Source: a virus
Lineage: Duplodnaviria > Caudoviricetes
Length of the DNA stretch: 64,000 bases
Strand: one strand, 5' to 3'
IMG/VR virus record: IMGVR_UViG_3300011008_000999
Of the stretch, positions 9,709-18,846 are shown one piece after another (positions within the stretch are counted from its first letter, which is position 1; each line of letters opens with the position of its first letter). Below the pieces are notes generated by a model. It had not been told where the DNA came from, did not search any database, and saw only the letters and a program-made list of their open reading frames with translations. A program made the translations under genes and the position numbers.

Positions 9709-10408
9709 AATATTTCCAATGTAAATTATTAGTTTTATTACGTGTACCTAAACAACATTCACTTATTTTAGAACTATTGCTATTAGTTTCTTTTGCTGCT
9801 TGTGTTATAGAATCATATACTATTCCAGTATCTATACATATAACTTTATGTCGTTTCTTGACTGCAGCAGCTTCAATTCGTTTTTTATGAATAATTTTCA
9901 TTTCATCTGGATGTTCTTTTTGCCAATTTAAACAATCCTTAACTTTCTCCTTTGACCATTCTGGATTATTTTTCATTTTAATCTTCATAGCATTTGTAGC
10001 ATTCGGAGAAATTATTTTTATTCCACGTGTAAATTTATTATATTCTGGTTTTAAAGTCTTAATATAATGTTCTTCTATATTTTTAGCTTCACTAATAGTA
10101 CAGGTAGCTTTAGATAGTTCAATATGAGTAAAACAATTTTCTCCATATTTTTCAATGTCTCGAGAAAGTTCTAAATTAAATCCGTACCCTTTTCCATTTT
10201 TCCATCTAGCTTCAATAGATTTTTGAGTAGTAGCTCCAACATACCGTTTATTATTAACTGTACATGTGTGCGTATAAAATATAAAATCATATTTATTAGT
10301 ATCTTCATCAGATTTTAATATAGGTTTTTCATTATGTATATGCACTAAATGTCTATTTAATGAAGTTCTACAAGAAAAACATTTATTACAAATCAAACAT
10401 TTTTCCAC
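9698..10408 (-). CDS. GIY-YIG homing endonuclease with N-terminal C2H2 finger and C-terminal NUMOD1
   Basis: CLIC..F.....LNRHLVHIH; FIFY...KRYVGAT...RW; VICIDTGIVYDSITQAA...HWKY. Confidence 0.85.
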   Translation of the reverse strand: MEKCLICNKCFSCRTSLNRHLVHIHNEKPILKSDEDTNKYDFIFYTHTCTVNNKRYVGATTQKSIEARWKNGKGYGFNLELSRDIEKYGENCFTHIELSKATCTISEAKNIEEHYIKTLKPEYNKFTRGIKIISPNATNAMKIKMKNNPEWSKEKVKDCLNWQKEHPDEMKIIHKKRIEAAAVKKRHKVICIDTGIVYDSITQAAKETNSNSSKISECCLGTRNKTNNLHWKYYEI

Positions 10409-11502
10409 TAGTTATTCCTTTCAGCTTTTATTACCTGTGGTATAATACAATTAGCTTTTATTACCCAAATCTTCTGACCAATAAATGGTTTCTCACCAAG
10501 GAGTTCTTTCATAATAGAAATATTATGCATTGATGCATTCTGAACAGTAGTACCATCAATAATTACTGGTTTGAAAGTAGCTACAGGTGTAATAGCACCA
10601 GTACGTCCAACTGACCAAGTAATTCCAGTAAGTTCAGTTTCAAACAGTTCATCATAGAACTTGAATGCAAAACCACCGCGGAATGAATGTTCATCATGAC
10701 CTTTTGCCATGTAAGAAGCATAATCATTGATCTTATATACAAGACCATCAATAGGATATTTCTTAGCGGCTGCTTTCTGTCTCATTCTTTCCTGTTGAGC
10801 TTCAAGATTCTCAGTATTAGTATATTCCCAATCAACTACTACAAACTTGAGATCTGCAAGTTTCTGAAGCTTAACATCAAGATCATCTTCACCTGTGATC
10901 ATATCCCATGCAACAAATGTAAGCATTCTTCTCTCGCATTCATCAGGATTATCAAGTCGAATAGATCCAGATGCAAAGTTTCTAGGATTCTTAAACATCG
11001 AGCTGAACTCTTCAAAGTCATCATACTTACAAATAACTTCACCATCTATAACGATTGTATCTTTAACGGAAATTGTCTTAGGAATCGAAGGAAGTCTCTT
11101 TGCATTTTCAGTGATGTCTTCACCAACTTTACCATTTCCACGAGTTTCAGCAGAAACAAGCTTTCCATTCTCATACTTAAGAGAACAGGTAAGGCCATCC
11201 ATCTTCAACATAGTAATTGACTTTTCCTTCAACCACTTCTTAAGAACGTTATTATCTTTGGTTTTATCAAGAGAGAGCATCAGATGGTTATGAGTAACCT
11301 TCTTAAGAGAGTTCTGAATATCAAACTGAATTGTTGCTGAAGGAGACTTAGGATCAATATAACCAGTCTCTTCCTCATAAGCACAACACTCAAAGTAAAG
11401 AGCGTCCCAAGCTTCATCACTAATCTCAGGATTTCCTTCATCATACCTCTTAGTGTAATAATTCAGCTTCTCAATATTCTGAGTATATTCTTCTCTCGTC
11501 AT
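10408..11502 (-). CDS. ligA: NAD-dependent DNA ligase, N-terminal half (adenylation domain and OB fold)
   Basis: ISDEAWD, MLSLDK, KMDG, TRGNG, NPRN, DGLVYK, VGRTG, NASMHN, IIPQV; start placed at 11502 by RBS. Confidence 0.95.
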   Translation of the reverse strand: MTREEYTQNIEKLNYYTKRYDEGNPEISDEAWDALYFECCAYEEETGYIDPKSPSATIQFDIQNSLKKVTHNHLMLSLDKTKDNNVLKKWLKEKSITMLKMDGLTCSLKYENGKLVSAETRGNGKVGEDITENAKRLPSIPKTISVKDTIVIDGEVICKYDDFEEFSSMFKNPRNFASGSIRLDNPDECERRMLTFVAWDMITGEDDLDVKLQKLADLKFVVVDWEYTNTENLEAQQERMRQKAAAKKYPIDGLVYKINDYASYMAKGHDEHSFRGGFAFKFYDELFETELTGITWSVGRTGAITPVATFKPVIIDGTTVQNASMHNISIMKELLGEKPFIGQKIWVIKANCIIPQVIKAERNN

Positions 11503-11541
11503 TGTAAAACCTCCGTACAAGTTATTATTTATTATAGTATT

Positions 11542-11575
11542 ATTATAACATAGACTTATATAATTGTAAATAGTT
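11542..11575 (-). promoter_or_regulatory. conserved sigmaA-like promoter
   Basis: AACTATTTACA-N17-TATAAT. Confidence 0.85.
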
Positions 11576-11576
11576 T

Positions 11577-12014
11577 TTAGCTATTTTGTAATTCAATGTC
11601 AATATTTGAGAAGAAATTTGCACCGAATACTTTTTCACGTCTACTCTTATATAATATATATGCGTCAGTTCCTGCAGGTAATCTAGAGTCAACTGAACCA
11701 AGTTCAATTTCAGGAATTTCTTCAAGTTCTACTCTAAATCCATGCATATCAAGTAGTCTTTTCTTATTATTGGTAGTATTCCAAAGATCATCAGTATTAA
11801 GATAGATATTTACAATGAACTTAATACCTACATCATACGCCATAATATCATCATACAAATAATCCGCGTCTAATCTTTGTATTACTGCACAGTGTAATTT
11901 AGTTAAATCTCCTTGAGTTTCATAAGATCTAACTGTAATATTAATGGACTCTCCACCATACGTAGATGATTCAGAGAAAATAATCTGTGCGCTTGTTTGT
12001 TTAGTAATTTCCAT
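11577..12014 (-). CDS. hypothetical protein
   Basis: 145 aa, GAAAGGAG RBS. Confidence 0.65.
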   Translation of the reverse strand: MEITKQTSAQIIFSESSTYGGESINITVRSYETQGDLTKLHCAVIQRLDADYLYDDIMAYDVGIKFIVNIYLNTDDLWNTTNNKKRLLDMHGFRVELEEIPEIELGSVDSRLPAGTDAYILYKSRREKVFGANFFSNIDIELQNS

Positions 12015-12073
12015 AGGTCAAGCTCCTTTCAAATAATAATTGATTGTTTTCATCTGAATAATTTCCATACATA

Positions 12074-12113
12074 AAGAAAAGAGACTAACATAACTTTGTA
12101 TATTAGTCTCTTT
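12074..12113 (-). terminator. intrinsic terminator
   Basis: AAAGAGACTAA...TTAGTCTCTTT stem with T-tract. Confidence 0.7.
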
Positions 12114-12120
12114 GTTTAAT

Positions 12121-12279
12121 TTACTTATCAATTGTCTGTACTTCACCAGTATCACGATGAACTAATTCAATGAATGTGGGAGTATTTTTAGTGACCAACC
12201 ATACATAAGTATCATAACCATTTGCAATTAAAATCTTTCTTTCCTCATAGGTTGGTTTTCTTCCACGTATTCTGCTCAT
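12121..12279 (-). CDS. small phage protein (DUF6906-like, 52 aa)
   Basis: manual translation MSRIRGRKPTYEERKILIANGYDTYVWLVTK...; AAGGAG RBS. Confidence 0.65.
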   Translation of the reverse strand: MSRIRGRKPTYEERKILIANGYDTYVWLVTKNTPTFIELVHRDTGEVQTIDK

Positions 12280-12297
12280 TTTTGAATTTAATCTCCT

Positions 12298-12696
12298 TTA
12301 ATTTTTCTCCTGTCTAAAAGATCTTTCGTCTTCAGGATAATTGTCTACATCCTCAATCATCATATCGATTGCAGCGGCAATTTCTTTACCATTAAGACGA
12401 GTTTCACCGTCCTTAACTAAAGCTATCATGTCTTTCCAATAAGTATTAAAATCACTTCTTGGATCAATAAGCCAGTCTTTGTATTCGTTGTAATTAGCTT
12501 CACATTTCTTTTTGCTAATTCTCTTATTGCCTTTTTCATCAACCTGTCTAGCTTCAGGGTCAGAAGGATCGTAATAATCCTTTCTTACTAACTTTCTACC
12601 CCATAAATACATTGCTGTACAGTTCTCTGCAACGATAGCTGCAATTAAAGATTCAAATCCATCAATTGTGCAGTTAATATCATTTACGTTTGCCAT
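12298..12696 (-). CDS. hypothetical protein
   Basis: 132 aa, GAAAGGA RBS. Confidence 0.6.
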   Translation of the reverse strand: MANVNDINCTIDGFESLIAAIVAENCTAMYLWGRKLVRKDYYDPSDPEARQVDEKGNKRISKKKCEANYNEYKDWLIDPRSDFNTYWKDMIALVKDGETRLNGKEIAAAIDMMIEDVDNYPEDERSFRQEKN

Positions 12697-12779
12697 GACT
12701 TTCTATTCCTTTCTACAATATAAAAGTTAATTCGCATCATATTGTAAAATTTCCATACATTATTATAATTAAATAGCTT

Positions 12780-13319
12780 TTAATTATTATATAACTCGGA
12801 TAATTTGCTCCAGTAATCATTAATTCTAACCATTAACTCATCCTGGATCTGAAGCCATTCATCTTTAGCTGTATTGAATTTGATCTCTCTACGATCATAT
12901 AAAAGTGCTTCAATTGAATCAGCTAAATTTACAATAAGTTTAGCGGTTTCATCATCTTCACATTTTTCCATAGTATCGTAGAAAGCAGGAACAGTCTGCA
13001 TAGCAAGCTTTTCTTGTTTCTTAACAATAGCTTTAAGTTCTGGATTCTTTTCCTTAACCATGTAGTTAACATCACCAAGTGATTCCTCAGTAGATTCTAC
13101 ATAGTCATGGCAACATCCATAACTAAGAGCCTTTAATGCTATATGATCAGGAATATGAAATAGATTTATAAGAATAACTATAATCTGAGTAACATATAAC
13201 TGATGTTCAGCATCATTTTCCTCAAACATAAAATCTCTTAACTGCCAACGCTTTACACGTGACTGTCTATAGAGTTTTAATGATTCAAGGTAAGTTACAA
13301 ATTCATTTATATTTTTCAT
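12780..13319 (-). CDS. HD-domain deoxynucleotide phosphohydrolase (YfbR-like)
   Basis: VKRW, ENDAEH, CHDYVE, GDV, ADSIE. Confidence 0.8.
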   Translation of the reverse strand: MKNINEFVTYLESLKLYRQSRVKRWQLRDFMFEENDAEHQLYVTQIIVILINLFHIPDHIALKALSYGCCHDYVESTEESLGDVNYMVKEKNPELKAIVKKQEKLAMQTVPAFYDTMEKCEDDETAKLIVNLADSIEALLYDRREIKFNTAKDEWLQIQDELMVRINDYWSKLSELYNN

Positions 13320-13330
13320 TTATGTTTCCT

Positions 13331-13870
13331 TTACTCGATCATACCATTATATGCAACCTTAGTACCTTTTTCAATCCACTCAGGAAGCTTATCGAGACGA
13401 TCAAATGCTTTTTCTACAAGAGTATCACCATCATAGATATCAGTGATAGTAATATCTGCAGACTGTGAAAGCATAAGATTGAATGATGCTTTACCTAAAG
13501 TCTCTGCATAATAGACCATAATAGGTTTCTTACCAGATAAGCGTCTTGCATGATATGCATATCCAACTTCTACCATTGTACCAGCATCAATTGCCTGCAT
13601 AGGCTGACCTTCCTTATCAGGTTCAGTACAAGTACCACGCTTACCATCAGTAACTGCAAAAAGAATATCTGCATCATCTATATTTACAATATTACCTTCA
13701 AATGTAGCCTTCTGAACTGCAGGATCTGCAAATGAACCAGTAATATTAGAACTCTCTCTAGGTGAAAATACCTCGAATCCAAGTTCTCTAAGACGATTAA
13801 TAAGTCTCTTTTCTCTTTCTGCTTGTGCAGCAGTAAACCAAGGTGATGCAAAATAAATTTTCTTTGCCAT
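13331..13870 (-). CDS. nucleoside 2-deoxyribosyltransferase / nucleotide N-glycosidase family
   Basis: KIYFASPWF, DAGTMVEVGYA, FNLML. Confidence 0.88.
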   Translation of the reverse strand: MAKKIYFASPWFTAAQAEREKRLINRLRELGFEVFSPRESSNITGSFADPAVQKATFEGNIVNIDDADILFAVTDGKRGTCTEPDKEGQPMQAIDAGTMVEVGYAYHARRLSGKKPIMVYYAETLGKASFNLMLSQSADITITDIYDGDTLVEKAFDRLDKLPEWIEKGTKVAYNGMIE

Positions 13871-13909
13871 TGTCTAATTTCCTTTCATTTTTTTTTCGTG
13901 CTTTGGTTT

Positions 13910-14797
13910 TTAGATACCTTCAATAACACCGTTCTTAATCATATACTCATATACTTCAGGTTTTCTACCTCTAGTAGCATTATGTAAATATGCATACTTC
14001 TTAAGAGTATTATGATAATTAGGCGCAAATTTCTCAGGAGCAGAAAGAATTAAGTGTACGTATTTTCTCAACTCCTTATTAGATCTGTTTATAAAATAGA
14101 AAGTCTCAAACTTCTCATCAAGTCCCCAAGAAGTATGAACACGTCTATTTGTCCAGAACTCATATAAAACTTCGCTCTCATAAAAAGCTTTCATCATCTT
14201 TTCATAATCTGCAATGTCTTCTTCTGCAGCAACAATTAACTTATTACCTGCAGATTCATAGTTCTTAAGATACTTATTAGTCCAAAAGCTCTCAGTAAGC
14301 TTATAACCAAATATCTTACAAAATTCACGATAATATCTCTTAGCATTATCAGAAAGATCAGATACATGTGAAGGACCTGCAGATAATCTAATATGCATAA
14401 ACATATTATGATCTGATTCAAATACCTTACTGAATCCATCTCTAAAGATAACATCTTCATCAGATACAAACATCTTATCTAACTTAAGATACTTAATACC
14501 ATACCAGTGCGCTAAGTTCTTAGTAGACATACAATACTCTTCAACAAAAGAATTATCAATAACGTCCTTCTTGAACTTATCAACAATCTTGCGACTAGTA
14601 AGAATAGATGCTTTCTTAACTCTTTCAGAAATATTATACTTATCGTAAATCTTCTGTATTTCGTCAGTCTTATCGCCAATTCTAGTCTCATTAATGGCGA
14701 TAAACTGAATATCTTTCAAATCTGTTTTAGGCAGGTTCTTAACTAACAACTCGAAAAAATACATATTGTTAGCTAAAACCATTATTGCATTCTTCAT
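13910..14797 (-). CDS. putative GT-A fold glycosyltransferase-like protein
   Basis: FVSDEDVIF DxD motif after a beta strand, later DEK and YLH motifs. Confidence 0.5.
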   Translation of the reverse strand: MKNAIMVLANNMYFFELLVKNLPKTDLKDIQFIAINETRIGDKTDEIQKIYDKYNISERVKKASILTSRKIVDKFKKDVIDNSFVEEYCMSTKNLAHWYGIKYLKLDKMFVSDEDVIFRDGFSKVFESDHNMFMHIRLSAGPSHVSDLSDNAKRYYREFCKIFGYKLTESFWTNKYLKNYESAGNKLIVAAEEDIADYEKMMKAFYESEVLYEFWTNRRVHTSWGLDEKFETFYFINRSNKELRKYVHLILSAPEKFAPNYHNTLKKYAYLHNATRGRKPEVYEYMIKNGVIEGI

Positions 14798-14822
14798 CTA
14801 AGTTTCTCCTATTTTATTCATA

Positions 14823-14853
14823 TAGGAGACATCTAAATGAATAGATGTCTCCT
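14823..14853. terminator. strong hairpin between the thyX-like and GT-like genes
   Basis: AGGAGACATCTA...TAGATGTCTCCT. Confidence 0.6.
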
Positions 14854-14862
14854 TATAATTGC

Positions 14863-15831
14863 TTATCTATTGTAATAAGGCATGTTCTTAATTCTCTGTC
14901 TTGCAACAAGAGGATCATTAGGATCGTAATCAGCAGGAAGTTCCTTTCCTTCAGCTTCAAGCTTAAGCCAATTCTCAATCATTTCCTTCTCACCAGGAAG
15001 AAGAAGTTCAGGTCTCTCATGATACATCTTCTCAAGCTCGATCTTCCAAGAAGAAGTTCTCCAATCATTGTGTGCCTTTTCTCCGAAGTCGTATCCTTCA
15101 GGAGTAGGATAACGTGAGAAGTCATTGTTGTATGTATGGTCTCTCTTATAGAACTGCTTTCTATCAGAGAACTGAAGCAACCAAGTCCAAAGTTTCTTAG
15201 AAAGAGGATCAGTAAGCTCATCAATTGCTTTAACAAGCTCGTATCTCATAAGTCTGTAAATGTAGTTAATCTCATCCGCGAAGTTATTCTCAGTTCTTGC
15301 ATTACATGAGTTCATCCACTGCATTACATCAGCGGTATAGCAAAGAGAGATTGTCTGTGCATGGAAACCAAAGTATCTAGCATCCATATAAGATACTCCA
15401 CCTTCGCACATATCAATGTAAAGATCTTCAATATCTCTCTCAATCTTCTCAAGACGATCCATCCAATCCTTATTCTTATAAATGAATGCAGGAGTAATGA
15501 AGTCCTGAGTAAGAGGTCTTGTATCACCAGACTGTGAACAGAAGAATCCCTTCTCTCTAGTAAGCTGCGCAAGACATACGCGAGAAATGTTGTTTACCTG
15601 GAATGAAAGCTTAGAACCTTCAAATGCAAACTTTGCAAATGTCTTTCCGTTGATGATCTCATCAACTACTTTCTGGAAATGTGGATGATCAGGACTATAC
15701 TCGATATCCTCTGCACCTTCGTAAAACTCACCAAGCTTACCAAAAGAAGTAACCGCTTTAGCAAGATCGTTACCTTTCCAGTCAATGAGCTTTACATTGA
15801 TGTTCTCATAACCATTTCTAAATGTTCCCAT
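14863..15831 (-). CDS. divergent ThyX (flavin-dependent thymidylate synthase)-like protein
   Basis: FE...SF...ISRVCLAQLTREK..CSQSGDTR, YIDM...G....DARY, AR; the RHR and S-x-RY signature is altered. Confidence 0.75.
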   Translation of the reverse strand: MGTFRNGYENINVKLIDWKGNDLAKAVTSFGKLGEFYEGAEDIEYSPDHPHFQKVVDEIINGKTFAKFAFEGSKLSFQVNNISRVCLAQLTREKGFFCSQSGDTRPLTQDFITPAFIYKNKDWMDRLEKIERDIEDLYIDMCEGGVSYMDARYFGFHAQTISLCYTADVMQWMNSCNARTENNFADEINYIYRLMRYELVKAIDELTDPLSKKLWTWLLQFSDRKQFYKRDHTYNNDFSRYPTPEGYDFGEKAHNDWRTSSWKIELEKMYHERPELLLPGEKEMIENWLKLEAEGKELPADYDPNDPLVARQRIKNMPYYNR

Positions 15832-15911
15832 AATTTTGTAATTTCCTTTCTAAAATTAGTCTTTTAGTTACATTTTGCATTTTATAATAATAAATAGCCC
15901 TTAAACTATTA

Positions 15912-16940
15912 TTATTTCTTACTGATCTTTACGAACTTTACTTTATCAAACTCATTGATCTTAGAGATCTTACCTGAGTCATTGTACAAGTAAATAACGT
16001 AATAGTTACCATCGTCTCCAATAAGGAAGTCATAGTAATACACCGGAGTTCCATCATAAACCTGACGATACTTATATCTGATATAAGTCATATAATCACC
16101 TAACATCTCGAAATTAGGTAATTCATCATCAAGTTCTTCTGACTTATAGTCATCTGATACATTAATACCAACAGAATTATGATATGTAGGAAAACCTAAA
16201 CATGTTTTATCAAAAATTCTATTTGCATCATAAACCATAGGTTCTACTGCTTTATTATTAACAGTAATAGGTGAGAAGTCAGAATCTGCAGGTACTACAA
16301 AGTTCTTAACAATATCTGTCATCTCATCTACATGACGCTCACATTCAGGTTTAAGAATAACAATATCAGCATAGTGTGCTGCAAAGCTAATCATATAAGG
16401 CATAGAAAAATCTGCAAGATTTCTAACAGCTTTATACTTACCACCAAACACACCGTATGAAATAATCTTAATACCTTTTTCCTTACAATACTTTACAGTA
16501 TCAAGATCTACATAATAAGGATTGATTTCAATCTCATTGTATGCAGGATAGAAACCAGTAATAGACTTATATTCTTCAATATCAGCTGCAGTAAAGTTAC
16601 TAACACCTTTCTCAATAAATCTATCATCAGTTGCCATCAACTTAGCAACCTTCTGCCAATTACCACGGTTACTATGAATAAGCATAATATCGATCTTATC
16701 TGTATTCAAACACTTAAGATGATTTGATACGAAAAATTCATAGTTATCTCCATGATATGATGAGATCTTACTAATCAACTTATATCTCTTTCTTATGTCT
16801 TTAAGAAGATAGTCGTTGTTATAGTCAATTGCTGTATCTACAAACTTACAAATCTCAATCATCTTATTCATAATCATAGATTGTTCAGATTTAGTCTGTA
16901 AATGCAATTCCCAAGTACCAACTGCAATTTCATTACTCAT
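15912..16940 (-). CDS. aldo-keto reductase family protein
   Basis: GTW, DTAIDY, ISKI, IDIMLIH, GVSNF, NEIEINPY. Confidence 0.85.
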   Translation of the reverse strand: MSNEIAVGTWELHLQTKSEQSMIMNKMIEICKFVDTAIDYNNDYLLKDIRKRYKLISKISSYHGDNYEFFVSNHLKCLNTDKIDIMLIHSNRGNWQKVAKLMATDDRFIEKGVSNFTAADIEEYKSITGFYPAYNEIEINPYYVDLDTVKYCKEKGIKIISYGVFGGKYKAVRNLADFSMPYMISFAAHYADIVILKPECERHVDEMTDIVKNFVVPADSDFSPITVNNKAVEPMVYDANRIFDKTCLGFPTYHNSVGINVSDDYKSEELDDELPNFEMLGDYMTYIRYKYRQVYDGTPVYYYDFLIGDDGNYYVIYLYNDSGKISKINEFDKVKFVKISKK

Positions 16941-17459
16941 TTATTTACTTTCCTCCGGTTTGAACTCATAGAAGACATCTTCATTTTTAAGATCATCTTC
17001 ATTATAAAAGCCTAAAGGTTTAATTACAACAGGTTCTGTCATAAGATAATCTTCAGCTTTAGTAGTTTTAAGATACTCATTTACTTCCGTTGCGATCTGC
17101 ATAGGAGTCTTTTCAGACGTGTTGAATTTAAGAACTGTAATACCAAGTTTCTCAAATTCTTCAATATATCTATAGTAAGCTTCTCGATCTTTATTGATGT
17201 TAATCTTAGGTTCATGACTAATTGCACAACGAATCTGATGATCGTCATTAGATACATCAAGAAAAACAACAAGAGGTTTATAAAGCATTACGTAATCATG
17301 ATTTCTATGGAACTTATCATTATATACTACCTGTGTCAATGCACCACGACAGTTAACTGCGTATGCATAATTAGTGATAGTAGTAATGTAAGGCCCAATA
17401 GTATCTTTACCTGCTTTATCTACCCCTTCAATTTCAATCGCAATATTATTGATTGTCAT
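16941..17459 (-). CDS. P-loop nucleotide (dTMP kinase-like) kinase
   Basis: IEIEGVDKAGKDT. Confidence 0.7.
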   Translation of the reverse strand: MTINNIAIEIEGVDKAGKDTIGPYITTITNYAYAVNCRGALTQVVYNDKFHRNHDYVMLYKPLVVFLDVSNDDHQIRCAISHEPKININKDREAYYRYIEEFEKLGITVLKFNTSEKTPMQIATEVNEYLKTTKAEDYLMTEPVVIKPLGFYNEDDLKNEDVFYEFKPEESK

Positions 17460-17476
17460 TTATTAAATATCCTTTC

Positions 17477-17977
17477 TTAAATATTTACACCTTTACTTCT
17501 AAGCCATTCATCAAGCTTTTCATAAGCATTAGGTTCAGCTATATCAATTACATAATATCTGTCATAGTTGAACTGTTTGAAATATTCTGCATATAACTTA
17601 AATAGCTCATTCTGATAATTAATTTCTTTTAGATAGTCATATTCACCTCTAGCAATAAGACGTTCATTAAGAATATCCATATTTGAAGTCAAAAAGATAA
17701 CAAAGAACGTATCTGTAGCGATAAGTTCTTCAGTTATCTTCTTAAACTCTTGATAAGTCAACTTAAAAGGTCGACCATAAATCTGTGGAAAAATATACTC
17801 GCTTAAGTGAAAGCGGTCAAAGATTTGATTATCTTTATTTAATAAATCAAGATAATACGGAAGATCGTTAGGTGTTTTAGCTGTTCCATGAATAGTATCA
17901 AGTTCATAATTAGCTAAGATCTTTTCTGCTAATGTAGTTTTACCTGTTGCATCAGGTCCTTCAATAATAATATTCAT
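17477..17977 (-). CDS. P-loop dNMP (thymidylate-kinase-like) kinase
   Basis: IIIEGPDATGKTT, FDRFHLSEY, RLIARGE. Confidence 0.8.
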   Translation of the reverse strand: MNIIIEGPDATGKTTLAEKILANYELDTIHGTAKTPNDLPYYLDLLNKDNQIFDRFHLSEYIFPQIYGRPFKLTYQEFKKITEELIATDTFFVIFLTSNMDILNERLIARGEYDYLKEINYQNELFKLYAEYFKQFNYDRYYVIDIAEPNAYEKLDEWLRSKGVNI

Positions 17978-18010
17978 GCCTAAAATCCTTTCATTTTATA
18001 ACTTAATTAT

Positions 18011-18044
18011 ATTTTATCACGATCTTCCGTAAATGTAAATAGTT
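18011..18044 (-). promoter_or_regulatory. conserved sigmaA-like promoter driving the nucleotide cluster
   Basis: AACTATTTACA-N17-TAAAAT. Confidence 0.8.
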
Positions 18045-18045
18045 T

Positions 18046-18420
18046 TTAATTGGCAACTTTTTTATATTTTCCAGGATTACGTCTCCACGCACAATATGTT
18101 TCAGTACTGAACCAACAGCAAGTATCATACATCATAACATTTGCATTAGGTATATAAGGTACAGACATTACTGTTTGAACTTCGTAGAACTTAACATTTT
18201 CTGGCTTAATAACATCTTTCTTATCATTAAGATAATTAGTTAAGAACTTATCTGCATCTTCTTTAGATTTGAAATACAATGCAAATCTTAAATCATTCTG
18301 CGATACATCTGTAAAAGTATCATTCTTTGCATTAGCTCCATGTGTAAATCCTAAGAACCAATTGTTCTTCTTATTTGCACGTACAACATACATTGCTGTG
18401 GTTAACTTGATTTCATCCAT
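18046..18420 (-). CDS. hypothetical protein (paralog of the adjacent gene)
   Basis: SQNDLRFALYFKSKEDA...YL. Confidence 0.6.
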   Translation of the reverse strand: MDEIKLTTAMYVVRANKKNNWFLGFTHGANAKNDTFTDVSQNDLRFALYFKSKEDADKFLTNYLNDKKDVIKPENVKFYEVQTVMSVPYIPNANVMMYDTCCWFSTETYCAWRRNPGKYKKVAN

Positions 18421-18422
18421 AA

Positions 18423-18827
18423 TTACTTCTCCTTTTCTGTTAAAGCGTGATAAACATCTGCACTAAGAAGTACAAAATGTTCAAACTCGCCGTATTTAAG
18501 ATACGCACTTCTAAATACACCATTAGAAGCTTTTAGTTTTTCAGTATTCACCATAATGAATTTGTTAGTAAATGGAAATGTTACCATATCATAATCAAAT
18601 TCTACAGGTTCAACTGAAATAAACTTTTCATTACTTTTGAGCATTTTACAGTTCGGGCTGCTTAAATAAGCCTTTATTGCAGAAGCAGCCAGGTCTTCTG
18701 TCTCAAAGAAAAGCGCATAATCAAAATCAGATTGAGCTAATGTTGCAGGTCGCATTTTAATGTTTGCTGCAGACAAATATCTACCTGCTTTTTGATTGAG
18801 CTTTACGCAGTAAAATGTTTTTCTCAA
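18423..18827 (-). CDS. hypothetical protein (paralog of the adjacent gene)
   Basis: AQSDFDYALFFETEDLA...YL; TTG start with AAGGAG RBS. Confidence 0.6.
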   Translation of the reverse strand: MRKTFYCVKLNQKAGRYLSAANIKMRPATLAQSDFDYALFFETEDLAASAIKAYLSSPNCKMLKSNEKFISVEPVEFDYDMVTFPFTNKFIMVNTEKLKASNGVFRSAYLKYGEFEHFVLLSADVYHALTEKEK

Positions 18828-18846
18828 GATATTTCTCCTTTGTTAT

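Noticed and set aside
1828-10410. Split intein or group I/II intron joining the ligase halves
   Set aside because: No intein N- or C-terminal motifs at the junctions and no recognisable intron core. The C-half has its own promoter and RBS. Reading through the TAG meets TGA four codons later.
12780-13319. DatZ of a 2-aminoadenine (Z-genome) system
   Set aside because: The HD family fits, but there is no PurZ or MazZ in the window and the neighbours point to pyrimidine chemistry.
14863-15831. Assigning the symbol thyX as an ordinary thymidylate synthase
   Set aside because: The signature residues are altered, so canonical activity cannot be assumed.
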